Source of the DNA: Patescibacteria group bacterium
Lineage (GTDB): Bacteria; Patescibacteriota; Patescibacteriia; Patescibacteriales; UBA12465
Reading direction: 5' to 3'
NCBI GenBank assembly: GCA_023229115.1
Contig: JALNZW010000001.1
Location: 70,861 to 134,860, forward strand
DNA: 64,000 nucleotides
The notes beneath the pieces were generated by a model. The model saw only the letters and a program-made list of their open reading frames with translations. It ran no database searches and was not told the DNA's origin. Position 1 is the first letter of the stretch; the number at the start of each line of letters is the position of its first letter. Position numbers and translations under genes: made by a program. Of this stretch, positions 8,331 through 18,393 are shown one piece after another.

Positions 8331-8358
8331 AAGCCGCATTAAACCGTGGCTTTTTTTA
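8331..8358 (+). terminator. Intrinsic terminator
   Basis: AAGCCGC/GTGGCTT stem (one G-U pair) followed by T7 (8351-8357), directly after the stop at 8324. Confidence 0.5.
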
Positions 8359-8367
8359 TTAAACCTA

Positions 8368-8396
8368 TTGACTTTATTGATTTTATATGATACAAT
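8368..8396 (+). promoter_or_regulatory. sigma70-type promoter with extended -10
   Basis: TTGACT (8368-8373), 17-nt spacer, TGaTACAAT (8388-8396). About 45 nt upstream of the ORF at 8443. Confidence 0.5.
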
Positions 8397-8442
8397 AACA
8401 TAATGTACTTTTAAATTTTTTAAAACCTTAAAACCAGAGAAA

Positions 8443-8922
8443 ATGAATACGGAAACCAAAACGAATAGTCTCATCTTAGTCCTCGATGACAAAGATTTAT
8501 TTATTGAGGAGTGCGATGGTAAAGATTTAATTACTGAGGCTAAGGACGTTTTTGCGGCCTGCATTGATGATCATTTTGAAGCGCTGGGATTTAATATTCC
8601 TTTTGCGTCGACACCTGAAACCAATTTCAAGGTTTATGAACTGGACGATGATTTGCCTTTTGAAAAAATTTTCAAAAGCATTTCTAAAGATTTAGATAAG
8701 ATAACTTTTACCCCAGCTCAGATTATTAATTTTTGTCGAAAATTTAGAAAAGTTTTGCCAGACAATCAATATGCTCTTCTTTTTTTGACAAGAAATAATG
8801 ATCATTACTTTGTTGTTAACTCTGATGTCTTCAGTTCAGGTTATGGAGCAGAAATTAATCCTCTTCATCGCCCAGATGTTTTGATGGCAGATGATTATTA
8901 TTATATTGTCGTGCCGACTTAA
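8443..8922 (+). CDS. Hypothetical protein
   Basis: 159-aa ORF flanked by a good promoter and terminator. No recognisable domain. Confidence 0.6.
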   Translation: MNTETKTNSLILVLDDKDLFIEECDGKDLITEAKDVFAACIDDHFEALGFNIPFASTPETNFKVYELDDDLPFEKIFKSISKDLDKITFTPAQIINFCRKFRKVLPDNQYALLFLTRNNDHYFVVNSDVFSSGYGAEINPLHRPDVLMADDYYYIVVPT

Positions 8923-8942
8923 TTTCATTTCATGACATTTTT

Positions 8943-8975
8943 AAACCTCAAAATTTATTTTTTGAGGTTTTTTAT
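8943..8975 (+). terminator. Intrinsic terminator
   Basis: AACCTCAAAA / TTTTGAGGTT 10-bp stem followed by a T-run. Confidence 0.55.
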
Positions 8976-9006
8976 TTTATAAATTTTTGCTATATTGTAA
9001 AAGAAT

Positions 9007-9588
9007 ATGATTGATAAAAAAAGACAATTAAATAATTTAAAAAATAAAATTCTTAGAGATAAATCTTTACCACTTCAAGGGTCTAATTTGGTTTTTGGTG
9101 AAGGATCATCTGAGGCTGATATTTTTTTTATTGGTGAGGCCCCAGGTTTAAAAGAAGAACAATTGGGTCAACCTTTTGTTGGTCGTTCTGGACAACTATT
9201 AACCAGGACGATAGAAAGTTTGGGGTTTAATAGGGGTGATGTTTATATCAGTAATATTGTTAAAAGGAGACCACCTGATAATCGCGATCCGCTTCCATTA
9301 GAGATTGAAGCTTATAAGCCGTATTTACAAAAACAGATAGAAATTATAAAACCAAAAATAATTGTTACTCTAGGTAGGTTTTCTTTTAATTATTTTATGC
9401 CTGACAGAAAAATATCTCTTGACCAAGGCAAAACTTTTAAAATTAGCAATTTTTTGTTAATACCTATGTTTCATCCAGCGGCGGCTCTAAGGAGCACCAA
9501 AACTTTGAAACAATTTCAAAAAAGTTTTCAGAAGTTGCCCTCTATTTTAAAAAAAATTAAAGAGCTGACTGGCCCTCAAATAGCTTGA
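9007..9588 (+). CDS. Uracil-DNA glycosylase, family 4
   Basis: 193 aa. GEGSSEADIFFIGEAPGLKEEQLGQPFVGRSGQLL and a C-terminal HPAAALR fit family-4 UDG motifs. Confidence 0.85.
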   Translation: MIDKKRQLNNLKNKILRDKSLPLQGSNLVFGEGSSEADIFFIGEAPGLKEEQLGQPFVGRSGQLLTRTIESLGFNRGDVYISNIVKRRPPDNRDPLPLEIEAYKPYLQKQIEIIKPKIIVTLGRFSFNYFMPDRKISLDQGKTFKISNFLLIPMFHPAAALRSTKTLKQFQKSFQKLPSILKKIKELTGPQIA

Positions 9589-9670
9589 CTGTTTTTAAAA
9601 TAAGTTGTATTATTAATCTCGGACAAACTAGATATAGAAGTTTTCGAAAAAAAGTAGAATTTTTTATATC

Positions 9671-9695
9671 AATTACGCTCATGCGTAATTTTTTG
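9671..9695 (+). terminator. Intrinsic terminator
   Basis: AATTACGC (9671-9678) / GCGTAATT (9683-9690) stem followed by T's. Confidence 0.5.
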
Positions 9696-9724
9696 CTTTT
9701 ATAAATAAAAATTAAATAAAAAAT

Positions 9725-11512
9725 ATGGAAATTAGAAATATAGCCATTATTGCTCACGTTGATCATGGCAAAACAACTCTAACAGATTCTTTGATGCGTC
9801 AAACAGGAATGTCTTCTGACGAAACAAGTATGGATAGCAATGCCCTAGAAAAAGAAAGGGGAATTACTATTTATTCTAAAAACACTTCTGTTTTTTATAA
9901 AGATACTAAAATAAATATAGTTGATACTCCGGGTCATGCTGATTTTAGTTCAGAGGTAGAGCGAATACTTAGATCAATTGATTGTGTTTTGCTTTTAGTT
10001 GACGCTCAAGAAGGTCCAATGCCTCAAACCAAGTTTGTTTTAAAAAAATCATTAGAACTTGGTTTGAAGCCAATTGTGGTTATTAATAAAATTGATAAAC
10101 CAGCTGCTCGTCCTGAAGAGGTAGTTGAAATGGTTTATGAATTATTTTTAGATTTAGGAGCTAATGATAAACAATTAGATTTCACGGTTGTTTTTGCTGC
10201 CTCTAAACAGGGAATAGCTAAAATGAAATTAGAAGATCAATCTGATAATTTAAATCCTTTATTAGATATAATTATTGAAAAAGTTAAACCAGCCTCTAGT
10301 CTTAATTCAGGAGATTCTTCTTTAGCTGTTCAGCCTTTTAATTTGGCCTATGATAATTTTCTAGGAAGACTAGCTATCTGTCGTGTTTACAATGGAACTA
10401 TTAAGGCAGCTCAAGAAGTTGTTGTTAAAAATCAAAATGGTGAAGTTAGAAATCGAAAAATTTCTAAATTATTTACTTTTCAGGGTGTGGAGAGAAAGGA
10501 AGTTAAAGAAGCTGAAGCTGGAGATATCGTAATGGTGGCTGGTTTGTCTGATATTTATATCGGAGAAACAATTTGTCAAAATGTTGATCAAGAAATGCTT
10601 CCAGCTATAAAAATTGACGAGCCAACAATTTCTCTTAATTTTTTAATCAACAATTCTCCTTTTGCTGGTCGAGAGGGTAAATTTGTGACCAATCGTCAGC
10701 TAAGAGAAAGATTAGAAAAGGAATTGGAAATAAATGTTGGTTTAAAAATAGATTTTTCAGACGCTAGTTATTATAAAGTTTTTGGTAGAGGAGAGCTTCA
10801 CGTTGCTATTTTATTGGAAAATTTAAGAAGAGAAGGATACGAACTACAAGTATCTCAACCTCAGGTTATTATTAAAAACATTGATGGAGTTGATCACGAG
10901 CCTTTTGAGGAGGTTACTGTTGATGTTCCTGAAGAAATGTCTGGCTCAGTTATTGAAAAACTTTCAAAAAGAAAAGGGCAAATAATGAACATTAAAAACC
11001 ACAATGGTCAGGCTAGATTAATTTTTGAAATTCCAACCAGAGGTCTTTTGGGCTATCGCAATGAATTTGTGGTAGACACTAAGGGCGAAGGTATTTTATG
11101 CACTCATTTTTTAGATTTTAAACCTCATGTTGGTAATATTGAAAAGAGCGAACTAGGCTCAATGATTTCAATGATTTCTGGTAAAGCCCTGGCTTATGCT
11201 TTGTGGAACTTACAAGAAAGAGGCGTTTTATATATTAGCCCTAACGTCGAGATTTACGAAGGAATGGTTATTGGTAACGTTGCTAAGGGCAATGATTTAT
11301 GTGTTAATCCAATTAAGGGCAAACAACTAACTAATGTTCGTGCCTCTGGTTCTGATGAAGCAATTAAATTAACTCCGCCAACTGAGCTTAACTTGGAAAC
11401 TGGGCTTAGCATCATGAATGATGATGAATATTTAGAAGTCACTCCTAAAAATATAAGATTACGTAAAAAATATTTAACAGAAAACGATAGAAATAGGGCC
11501 AAGAGACAATAA
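9725..11512 (+). CDS. typA: Translational GTPase TypA/BipA
   Basis: 595 aa. IRNIAIIAHVDHGKTTL, DTPGHADF and NKIDK G-motifs, with collinear BipA-type domains. Confidence 0.95.
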   Translation: MEIRNIAIIAHVDHGKTTLTDSLMRQTGMSSDETSMDSNALEKERGITIYSKNTSVFYKDTKINIVDTPGHADFSSEVERILRSIDCVLLLVDAQEGPMPQTKFVLKKSLELGLKPIVVINKIDKPAARPEEVVEMVYELFLDLGANDKQLDFTVVFAASKQGIAKMKLEDQSDNLNPLLDIIIEKVKPASSLNSGDSSLAVQPFNLAYDNFLGRLAICRVYNGTIKAAQEVVVKNQNGEVRNRKISKLFTFQGVERKEVKEAEAGDIVMVAGLSDIYIGETICQNVDQEMLPAIKIDEPTISLNFLINNSPFAGREGKFVTNRQLRERLEKELEINVGLKIDFSDASYYKVFGRGELHVAILLENLRREGYELQVSQPQVIIKNIDGVDHEPFEEVTVDVPEEMSGSVIEKLSKRKGQIMNIKNHNGQARLIFEIPTRGLLGYRNEFVVDTKGEGILCTHFLDFKPHVGNIEKSELGSMISMISGKALAYALWNLQERGVLYISPNVEIYEGMVIGNVAKGNDLCVNPIKGKQLTNVRASGSDEAIKLTPPTELNLETGLSIMNDDEYLEVTPKNIRLRKKYLTENDRNRAKRQ

Positions 11513-11573
11513 GTTTTTAAATTTTGTTTTTAGTTATAAATTTGTTATAATAATATTGATTATTATCAAATTT

Positions 11574-14150
11574 ATGATTGATTATTCTTGCAACTATTAT
11601 ACTTTAATTTATTCTGTTTCTGTTTTAATAACTGCTTTTTTAGTTTTGGTATCTTGGAGAAGAAAGTCCGACAGAGTTGGGGCTTCTTTTTTTTATTTAA
11701 GTCTTTTTTTATTTTATTGGTCATTAATTGGTGCAGTAGAGTCAGCCGTGATTGCTCCAGATTTAAAAGTTATTTTATCCAAATTTGATTATATTGGAGC
11801 TATTTTTGTTCCTTTCTTTTTTTTAATATTCTCTTTTAATTATAATAAACTAGATTTTTATATAAATACTAAAAATATTTGTCTGCTTTTGGTAGTTCCT
11901 TTTATCACTTTAATATTAGTTTTTACTAATGAGTATCATGGATTAATTTGGAGTCATTATCATCTTTCTGGTTATAAAGTTGGTTTAGTTTATCCTATTG
12001 TTTATAGATATGGTTTATGGTTTTGGTTTGTTCATTTAACTTATTCTTATACACTTCTTTTTCTTGGTTCTTTTTTGTTTATTAAAAATTTTCTGAAGCT
12101 AAAGAAGCCACATAGTTATCAAGTTAGTGTTATTTTAATTGGCGTTTTAATACCCTTAATTGCTAATATTTTTTATATCTCTGGGTTTTTTAGATTTCCG
12201 GGTCTTGACATAACTAGAATTTCTTTTTCTTTAACTGGAATTTTATTTGTAATTGCTATTTTTTACTGGAAGTTTTTAGATCTTATTCCTTTGGCCAGAA
12301 GTCTTTTGGTTGAAAAAATGTCTGATGGTTTGATTGTGGTTGATAGAGCCAATAAAATAATAGACATTAATCCTTCAGCTTTGAGTTTTTTTAATTTAAA
12401 AAATAATTTTAATGCCTTAGGTAGAGATTTAGAAAAAGTTTTTAGTTTTTGTCCAGATTTAAAAAAAATAATAGAAATCTCAAAATCTTTTAGAATTAAT
12501 TTTAAAAAACAAATTGAAATTAATAAAAAATATTTTGATTTATCGGTGGAGCAATTATTTGATAAAGATAATAAACCCTATGGTCGCTTATTTGTTTTCC
12601 GAGATATAAGTAGAATGAAATCAATTGAGGATAAATTAAAAGACGAAAGAGAAATGGCCCAAAAGTATTTAGACATAGCTAAAGTTGTTTTGTTGGCCCT
12701 AGATAAGAGTGGTAATGTTTTAATGGTTAATAAAAAGGGTTTAGAGATTTCTGGTTTTAAAAAAGAAGAGCTTATAGGTAAAAATTGGTTTAAAATTTGT
12801 TTACCTAAAGAAGAACAGGAAAGAGTCTTAACTTTTTTTAAAAAATTAGTTTCTGGAAAAATAAAGAAAATAGATGAGTCATTTGAGAATGAAATTTTAT
12901 CAAAAAAAGGTGATAGAAAATTAGTTGCTTGGAGTAGTACTTTTATTAGGAATAATTCTGGAAAAATTATTGGAACTCTTAGTTCTGGTGAGGATATAAC
13001 TATTAAAAGGAAAAATGAAGAAATAATTAAAGAAAATTCTAGGAAATTAGGTCGTTTATTGCATCATTTAAAGCTAGCCACTGAATCAGCTCAAATTGGG
13101 ATTTGGGATTTAAACTTAAAAACAAAGGCTTTAATTTGGGATGATCAAATGTATAAACTTTATGGATTAAAGCGCGGTGAATTTGATGGCAAATTTGATT
13201 CTTGGAAAAAATTTTGTCATCCCGATGATTTGTCTAGAGTGGAAAAAGAAATTGAATTGGCCATTTCTAGTGGGAGTAATTTTAATTCAGTTTTTAGAAT
13301 TGTTTTTCCAGATGATTCTATTAAATATATAAAAGCTTTTGCTAATCTTGTTTTTGATAAAAAAAATAAACCATATAAAATGATTGGAGTTAATTTTGAT
13401 GTTACTGAAGAGAAGGAGGTTGATAAAGCTAAGTCGGAATTTGTGTCCCTGGCTTCTCATCAACTTCGCACCCCCTTAACAGCTATTAATTGGTATACTG
13501 AAATGTTGTTGGAAGATGACGATAAAATCGATGAAGATCAGAGATCTTACTTGGAGGAAATTCATACTAGTAATCAGCATTTAGTTGGCTTGGTTAATTC
13601 TTTGTTAAACGTTTCCCGAATTGAACTTGATAGTTTGATGATTGATCCAGAGAAAATAAATTTAGTAGAATTGGTGGATGACATTGCTAATTTTCATAAA
13701 ATTATCATGGACAGCAAAAAAATTAAATTTTATCGTCGAATAGCTAAAGATATTCCTTCAAAATTTTTAGCCGATAAAAGACTTTTGGGTATGGTCTTTC
13801 AAAATATTTTATCTAATTCTATTAATTATACTCCAGATGGAGGGTCTATTCGTTTAAGTCTTAATCTTGATAAAAGTAAAAAAAATATTATTTTTAAAAT
13901 AGCTGATAATGGTTATGGCATTCCCAAAAGTCAACAAGCAAAAATTTTTACTAAACTTTTTCGAGCTGATAATGCTCAAAAAATAGATACTAGTGGAACT
14001 GGCTTGGGTTTGTATATAGTTAAGTCGATTGTTGATAAATCAGGAGGAAAAATTTGGTTTGAATCGGCTGAGAACAAGGGAACTAGTTTTTATGTGTTTT
14101 TTCCTTTAGAAGGAATGAATAAAATAATCGGATTTAAGAGTCTATTATAG
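11574..14150 (+). CDS. Sensor histidine kinase (N-terminal 7TM domain, PAS domains, HisKA, HATPase_c)
   Basis: Track ORF 11556-14150; I prefer the first ATG at 11574. About 7 N-terminal TM helices, PAS-like repeats, H-box FVSLASHQLRTPLT and G-box GTGLGLYIVKSIV. Confidence 0.85.
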   Translation: MIDYSCNYYTLIYSVSVLITAFLVLVSWRRKSDRVGASFFYLSLFLFYWSLIGAVESAVIAPDLKVILSKFDYIGAIFVPFFFLIFSFNYNKLDFYINTKNICLLLVVPFITLILVFTNEYHGLIWSHYHLSGYKVGLVYPIVYRYGLWFWFVHLTYSYTLLFLGSFLFIKNFLKLKKPHSYQVSVILIGVLIPLIANIFYISGFFRFPGLDITRISFSLTGILFVIAIFYWKFLDLIPLARSLLVEKMSDGLIVVDRANKIIDINPSALSFFNLKNNFNALGRDLEKVFSFCPDLKKIIEISKSFRINFKKQIEINKKYFDLSVEQLFDKDNKPYGRLFVFRDISRMKSIEDKLKDEREMAQKYLDIAKVVLLALDKSGNVLMVNKKGLEISGFKKEELIGKNWFKICLPKEEQERVLTFFKKLVSGKIKKIDESFENEILSKKGDRKLVAWSSTFIRNNSGKIIGTLSSGEDITIKRKNEEIIKENSRKLGRLLHHLKLATESAQIGIWDLNLKTKALIWDDQMYKLYGLKRGEFDGKFDSWKKFCHPDDLSRVEKEIELAISSGSNFNSVFRIVFPDDSIKYIKAFANLVFDKKNKPYKMIGVNFDVTEEKEVDKAKSEFVSLASHQLRTPLTAINWYTEMLLEDDDKIDEDQRSYLEEIHTSNQHLVGLVNSLLNVSRIELDSLMIDPEKINLVELVDDIANFHKIIMDSKKIKFYRRIAKDIPSKFLADKRLLGMVFQNILSNSINYTPDGGSIRLSLNLDKSKKNIIFKIADNGYGIPKSQQAKIFTKLFRADNAQKIDTSGTGLGLYIVKSIVDKSGGKIWFESAENKGTSFYVFFPLEGMNKIIGFKSLL

Positions 14151-14155
14151 TTTTA

Positions 14156-14198
14156 AGGCCTATTTTTTGTTTTTTTGTCAAAATAGGTCTTTTAATTT
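14156..14198 (+). terminator. Intrinsic terminator
   Basis: AGGCCTATTTT (14156-14166) pairs with AAAATAGGTCT (14180-14190), with one G-U pair, then TTTAATTT. Confidence 0.45.
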
Positions 14199-14239
14199 GT
14201 ATTTTTTTGTGTTATAATAGTAGTGTAAATAAGTATCAT

Positions 14240-15205
14240 ATGAAATATATTTGGCCGGAAATTGGAAATCAGAAAGCTATCAGTTTTTTGGAAAAAAATA
14301 TAGAAAATAGTCATTTAGCTAATTCTTATATTTTTTCCGGAATTCGTGATTTAGGTAAATTTTCTCTGGCTAAATATTTTGCTAGAAATATTTTTGTTAA
14401 AGAAAAGCCGGAGTTTGAAAGTCGAGAGAATATTTTAGAGATAAATAAAGATTTTTTAGTCATTGAAAAACAGGGGGATAAGAAAAATATTTCGATTGAA
14501 CAAGTTAGATCATTGATATCATTCTTGTCTTCTGGTTCTTTTTTAAATTCCTATCGAATAGTTGTAATAAAAGATGCTGAAAATCTTAACCAGAATTCAG
14601 CTAATGCGTTGCTTAAAATTTTAGAAGACTTTAGAGATAAATTAGTAATCATTTTAACTGTTAATAATATTGACTCTTTGCCGAAAACAATTATTTCTCG
14701 TAGTCAAATTATTAATTTAAGTCCTTTAAATTTTGATAGTCTTTATTCTTTATTAAAAGACGATTATAAGTTAAATCCTTCTGAGGCTAAAAATATCACT
14801 AAACTTTCTTTGGGCAGGCCAATGTTGGCTAAAAAGTTTGTTAAAGATTCTGAATTTTATGATAATTATCGTCAAACGGCTGAGTATTTAATTGATTTTT
14901 TAAATCATGATTTAGTAGAAAGAAGTGGTATTGTTAATGATCTTTGTCGCCTTGATTCTGTTTTGAGTGAAAATTTAAGTATTATTGATATTTGGCGTTC
15001 GTTGTTTAGAGATTTAAATTTTTTAAATAATAATCGGCCAGATTTAATTCAAAATGATTTTTTAATCGAAAAAATGAAAAAAAATAATTATAAAGATGAT
15101 GATTCTATTTTAAGGGCTGAGATTATTTTTAAGAAATCTAACAGTTATTTGGCTAGTAATATGTCATTAAAATCAGTTCTAGAATATATAGCTATAAATA
15201 TTTAA
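14240..15205 (+). CDS. holB: DNA polymerase III delta-prime subunit
   Basis: Track ORF starts at TTG 14207 inside a TGtTATAAT box, so the ATG at 14240 (MKYIWPEIGNQKAISFL) is more plausible. AAA+ clamp-loader layout with LANSYIFSG...GKFSLA and SRSQII. Confidence 0.75.
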   Translation: MKYIWPEIGNQKAISFLEKNIENSHLANSYIFSGIRDLGKFSLAKYFARNIFVKEKPEFESRENILEINKDFLVIEKQGDKKNISIEQVRSLISFLSSGSFLNSYRIVVIKDAENLNQNSANALLKILEDFRDKLVIILTVNNIDSLPKTIISRSQIINLSPLNFDSLYSLLKDDYKLNPSEAKNITKLSLGRPMLAKKFVKDSEFYDNYRQTAEYLIDFLNHDLVERSGIVNDLCRLDSVLSENLSIIDIWRSLFRDLNFLNNNRPDLIQNDFLIEKMKKNNYKDDDSILRAEIIFKKSNSYLASNMSLKSVLEYIAINI

Positions 15206-15228
15206 AATATAATAAAAATTAAATAAGT

Positions 15229-16332
15229 ATGAAAAAAACAAAATTTATATTAATTCTCGTATCAGCCGTTTTTCTTTCAGCTTGTTCTCTTAATGTTAAG
15301 ACCAAGGGTGTTGGTGTGATGGATGGGGGAGTTTATGTTAGTGGTAATAAAGGTGAGACTTGGAAGCATGTTCCTCAGATTCCAACTATAACTGGCAATC
15401 CAGGAAGTATTGCTAGCGTTGATGTTAATAAACTAATAATTGATCCAGGTGATAGCGCGGCTGTTTATTTAGCCACTATTGATAACGGTCTTTATTATAC
15501 TTATAATGTCGGTCGTGGATGGAACAAAGTTTTGTCTCTTCCGGATGTAACTGTTAATGATGTTGCTATAAATTACAAAGATAAATGCACCATTTTTGTT
15601 GGTTTAGAAAATAAATTATATAAAACCGATGATTGTGCTCGTAGTTTTGAACAGGTTTATTTTGATAACAACCAAGGTGTTTCTGTTATGGCCGTTGCTC
15701 TAGATCATTACAACCCTCAAATCGTTTATATGGGGACATCTCGTGGTGATGTTTTAAGAAGTATGGATGGTGGAAACAGCTGGAGAGCGATTCAGAGATT
15801 AAATGATGGAGTTGAAAAAATATTAGTTAATCCTAAGGATAGCCGTTCAGTTTTTGTGGCAACTGTTAAAAGTGGAGTTTATCGTTTTAATTCAGCTGGA
15901 GGTGCTAGCTTGGAAGAATTGGAGCAATACAAGAATCAATTTGATAATACTAATTGGACTGACTATGGTAAAGAATTGAAAGAGTTTTCTTTGGGTGTTA
16001 ATTTTAAAGATTTGATTTATTCTTATGATGATAATTCTTTGTTTTTGGCAACTGACAAAGTTATTTTAAGATCTTTTGATGAAGGGCATAGTTGGACCAA
16101 GTTAAGTCTTTTAACCCCCGAAGCTGATTCTTCTATTAACGCTATTGCTGTTAATCCTCAAAATGCTGATGAAGTTTTCTATGTTACCAATACCAGTTTT
16201 TTCCGTTCTTTTGATGGGGGGAATACTTGGAATGTTAAAAAATTACCGACATCTCGTGCTGGTAGTAATTTGTTGATTGATTTTAATAATCCTTCTATAA
16301 TATATATGGGGATTAGGAAAATTAAAAAATAG
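15229..16332 (+). CDS. Lipoprotein with BNR/Asp-box (Ycf48/sortilin-like) repeats
   Basis: 367 aa. Signal peptide plus lipobox (FLSAC). Repeated SxDxGxxW boxes: GNKGETWKHV, SMDGGNSWRAI, SFDEGHSWTKL, SFDGGNTWNV. Confidence 0.75.
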   Translation: MKKTKFILILVSAVFLSACSLNVKTKGVGVMDGGVYVSGNKGETWKHVPQIPTITGNPGSIASVDVNKLIIDPGDSAAVYLATIDNGLYYTYNVGRGWNKVLSLPDVTVNDVAINYKDKCTIFVGLENKLYKTDDCARSFEQVYFDNNQGVSVMAVALDHYNPQIVYMGTSRGDVLRSMDGGNSWRAIQRLNDGVEKILVNPKDSRSVFVATVKSGVYRFNSAGGASLEELEQYKNQFDNTNWTDYGKELKEFSLGVNFKDLIYSYDDNSLFLATDKVILRSFDEGHSWTKLSLLTPEADSSINAIAVNPQNADEVFYVTNTSFFRSFDGGNTWNVKKLPTSRAGSNLLIDFNNPSIIYMGIRKIKK

Positions 16333-16342
16333 TAAAATTTAT

Positions 16343-16562
16343 ATTTTGATGAATTTTTTCGTCAAGGATTGCGATACTCATTCGCTGTATTAAAATACAG
16401 CTCATTCCGTTTCTCGTCCTTTCCTAAAACTTTATTCAAAATATTAAATTTTAAAATTTTGCTAGAATATGAAATTTAGATAATATTATTTTGATGAATT
16501 TTTTCCTAAAACTTCATTCAAAATATTAAATTTTAAAATTTTACTAAAATATGAAATTTAGA
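16343..16562. repeat. Tandem AT-rich duplication; first copy carries a 62-nt GC-richer insert
   Basis: ATTTTGATGAATTTTTTC + CTAAAACTT(T/C)ATTCAAAATATTAAATTTTAAAATTTT(G/A)CTA(G/A)AATATGAAATTTAGA occurs twice. In copy 1 the two halves are separated by about 16361-16422. Confidence 0.8.
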
Positions 16563-16648
16563 ACTTTGTATAAAATCTAAATTTTAAAGATAAAAAAATT
16601 TTTAGTAAATCTTTAAACAATTAATAATTTATAATTAACTTTAATATT

Positions 16649-17203
16649 ATGAATATTTACATTCAAAACAAGGTAGAAGAACTTAAGGCTGTGATTGATT
16701 ATTTTAAAAAGGATTTATCAACTGTTAAGGTTGGTCGAGCCAATCCTGCAATGCTGGATGGGGTTTTGGTTGAGGCTTATGGGGTTAAAAGTCCTTTGAA
16801 TTCTGTTTGCAATATTTCTGTAAGTGATTCTCGCAGTATGACTTTGACTCCTTGGGATAAGAATTCTTTAAAATCCATAGAAAAGGCTATAATTGAAGCT
16901 AATCTTGGTTTGGGCGTAGTAAATGAGGGAGATAAGATTAGATTAAACATTCCTCAAATGACGGAAGAAAATAGAAAAGAGGCCGTTAAAAAAGTTAATG
17001 AAAAGCAGGAAAAATCTAGAGTTTCATTAAGACAGGTTAGAGATGATGTTAAATCTAGCATTGAAGATGCTTTTGATTCTAAAGAAATTGGTGAAGATGA
17101 TAAATTTCGCTTTGTTAAAGAATTGGATGAAGAAATAGAAAAAATTAATGGAGAAATAAAACAAATTAGAGACAAGAAAGAGATAGAAATAATGGAAATA
17201 TAA
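16649..17203 (+). CDS. frr: Ribosome recycling factor
   Basis: 184 aa. Typical RRF sequence (VKVGRANPAMLDGV...LNIPQMTEENRKE). Confidence 0.95.
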   Translation: MNIYIQNKVEELKAVIDYFKKDLSTVKVGRANPAMLDGVLVEAYGVKSPLNSVCNISVSDSRSMTLTPWDKNSLKSIEKAIIEANLGLGVVNEGDKIRLNIPQMTEENRKEAVKKVNEKQEKSRVSLRQVRDDVKSSIEDAFDSKEIGEDDKFRFVKELDEEIEKINGEIKQIRDKKEIEIMEI

Positions 17204-17207
17204 AATT

Positions 17208-18341
17208 ATGTTTATAACGATTATAGTTTTTTTAGCAGTTTTATCAATCTTAGTTTTGTTTCATGAATTTGGTCATTTTTATTCGGCCAAAAAATTGGGC
17301 ATAAAAGTTGATGAGTTTGGGCTTGGTTTTCCTCCAAGAATTTTTGGTTTTTATAAAAACAAAAATAATAAATGGAAAGTTAAATGGGGAAGGGGAAAGA
17401 TTAGTGATTGTCCAGGTGTTGTTTATTCTATAAATGCTATTCCGATTGGTGGTTTTGTTAAAATCAAAGGTGAGGATGGTGAAAATCGTCAAGATAAAGA
17501 TAGTTTTTCTTCACAGAAAGTTTGGAAGAGATTGGTGGTTGTTTCAGCCGGTGTTTTGATGAATATTTTTTTAGCCTGGATTTTGATATCTATTGGTTTT
17601 ATGATTGGTTTTCCTCATGCTGTTGATGATGAATTTGTAAAAGAGAAAAATGTAAAAATATCGGATGCTAAAGTTCAAATTGTAGAAATAATTAAAGATT
17701 CTCCAGCTGAAAGAGCTGGCTTGAAACCTTTAGATATTATTCTTAATATTGATAATCAGGAAGTAAAGAGTGGTGACGATGTTCAGTCTTTTTTAAATAA
17801 TCCAGAGGAATCTTCTTTAAAAATAAAAAGAAGTGGTGAGGAGCAGGATATTTTGATTACTCCCGAATTTAGGGAAGATTTAAATAGGCATGTAATTGGC
17901 ATCTCTATTGCTGACACAGCCACAATTAAATATCCTTGGTATTTGGCTCTGTGGGAGGGCCTTAAGGCTACCTTTATTTTCTTATGGACTATTATTTATA
18001 CTTTTTATGTAGTTATTAGAGACTTAATAGTTGGTCAATCTGTTGGGGTTGAGGTGGCTGGGCCAGTTGGCATTGCTAATTTAACTGGACAAATGGCTAG
18101 AATGGGAATAATTTATTTGATTCAATTTACAGCCTTGCTTTCTTTAAACTTGGCAGTTATTAATTTTTTTCCTTTCCCAGCTTTAGATGGTGGTCGGTTT
18201 ATATTTTTACTGATTGAAAAAATAAAAGGTAAACCAGTTAAACAAGAAGTTGAGGCCATTATTCACAATTCTGGCTTTGCTCTTTTGATGCTACTTTTTG
18301 TTTGGATAACTTTGAAGGATTTGATTGGATTGTTTAATTAA
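17208..18341 (+). CDS. rseP: RIP zinc metalloprotease RseP (M50 with PDZ)
   Basis: 377 aa. HEFGHF zinc motif, a central PDZ-like segment, and a C-terminal NFFPFPALDGG. Confidence 0.9.
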   Translation: MFITIIVFLAVLSILVLFHEFGHFYSAKKLGIKVDEFGLGFPPRIFGFYKNKNNKWKVKWGRGKISDCPGVVYSINAIPIGGFVKIKGEDGENRQDKDSFSSQKVWKRLVVVSAGVLMNIFLAWILISIGFMIGFPHAVDDEFVKEKNVKISDAKVQIVEIIKDSPAERAGLKPLDIILNIDNQEVKSGDDVQSFLNNPEESSLKIKRSGEEQDILITPEFREDLNRHVIGISIADTATIKYPWYLALWEGLKATFIFLWTIIYTFYVVIRDLIVGQSVGVEVAGPVGIANLTGQMARMGIIYLIQFTALLSLNLAVINFFPFPALDGGRFIFLLIEKIKGKPVKQEVEAIIHNSGFALLMLLFVWITLKDLIGLFN

Positions 18342-18393
18342 TTATTTATTATTAATTTAATGTTTTACCTTAAAAATAAAACATATAGAAAAT

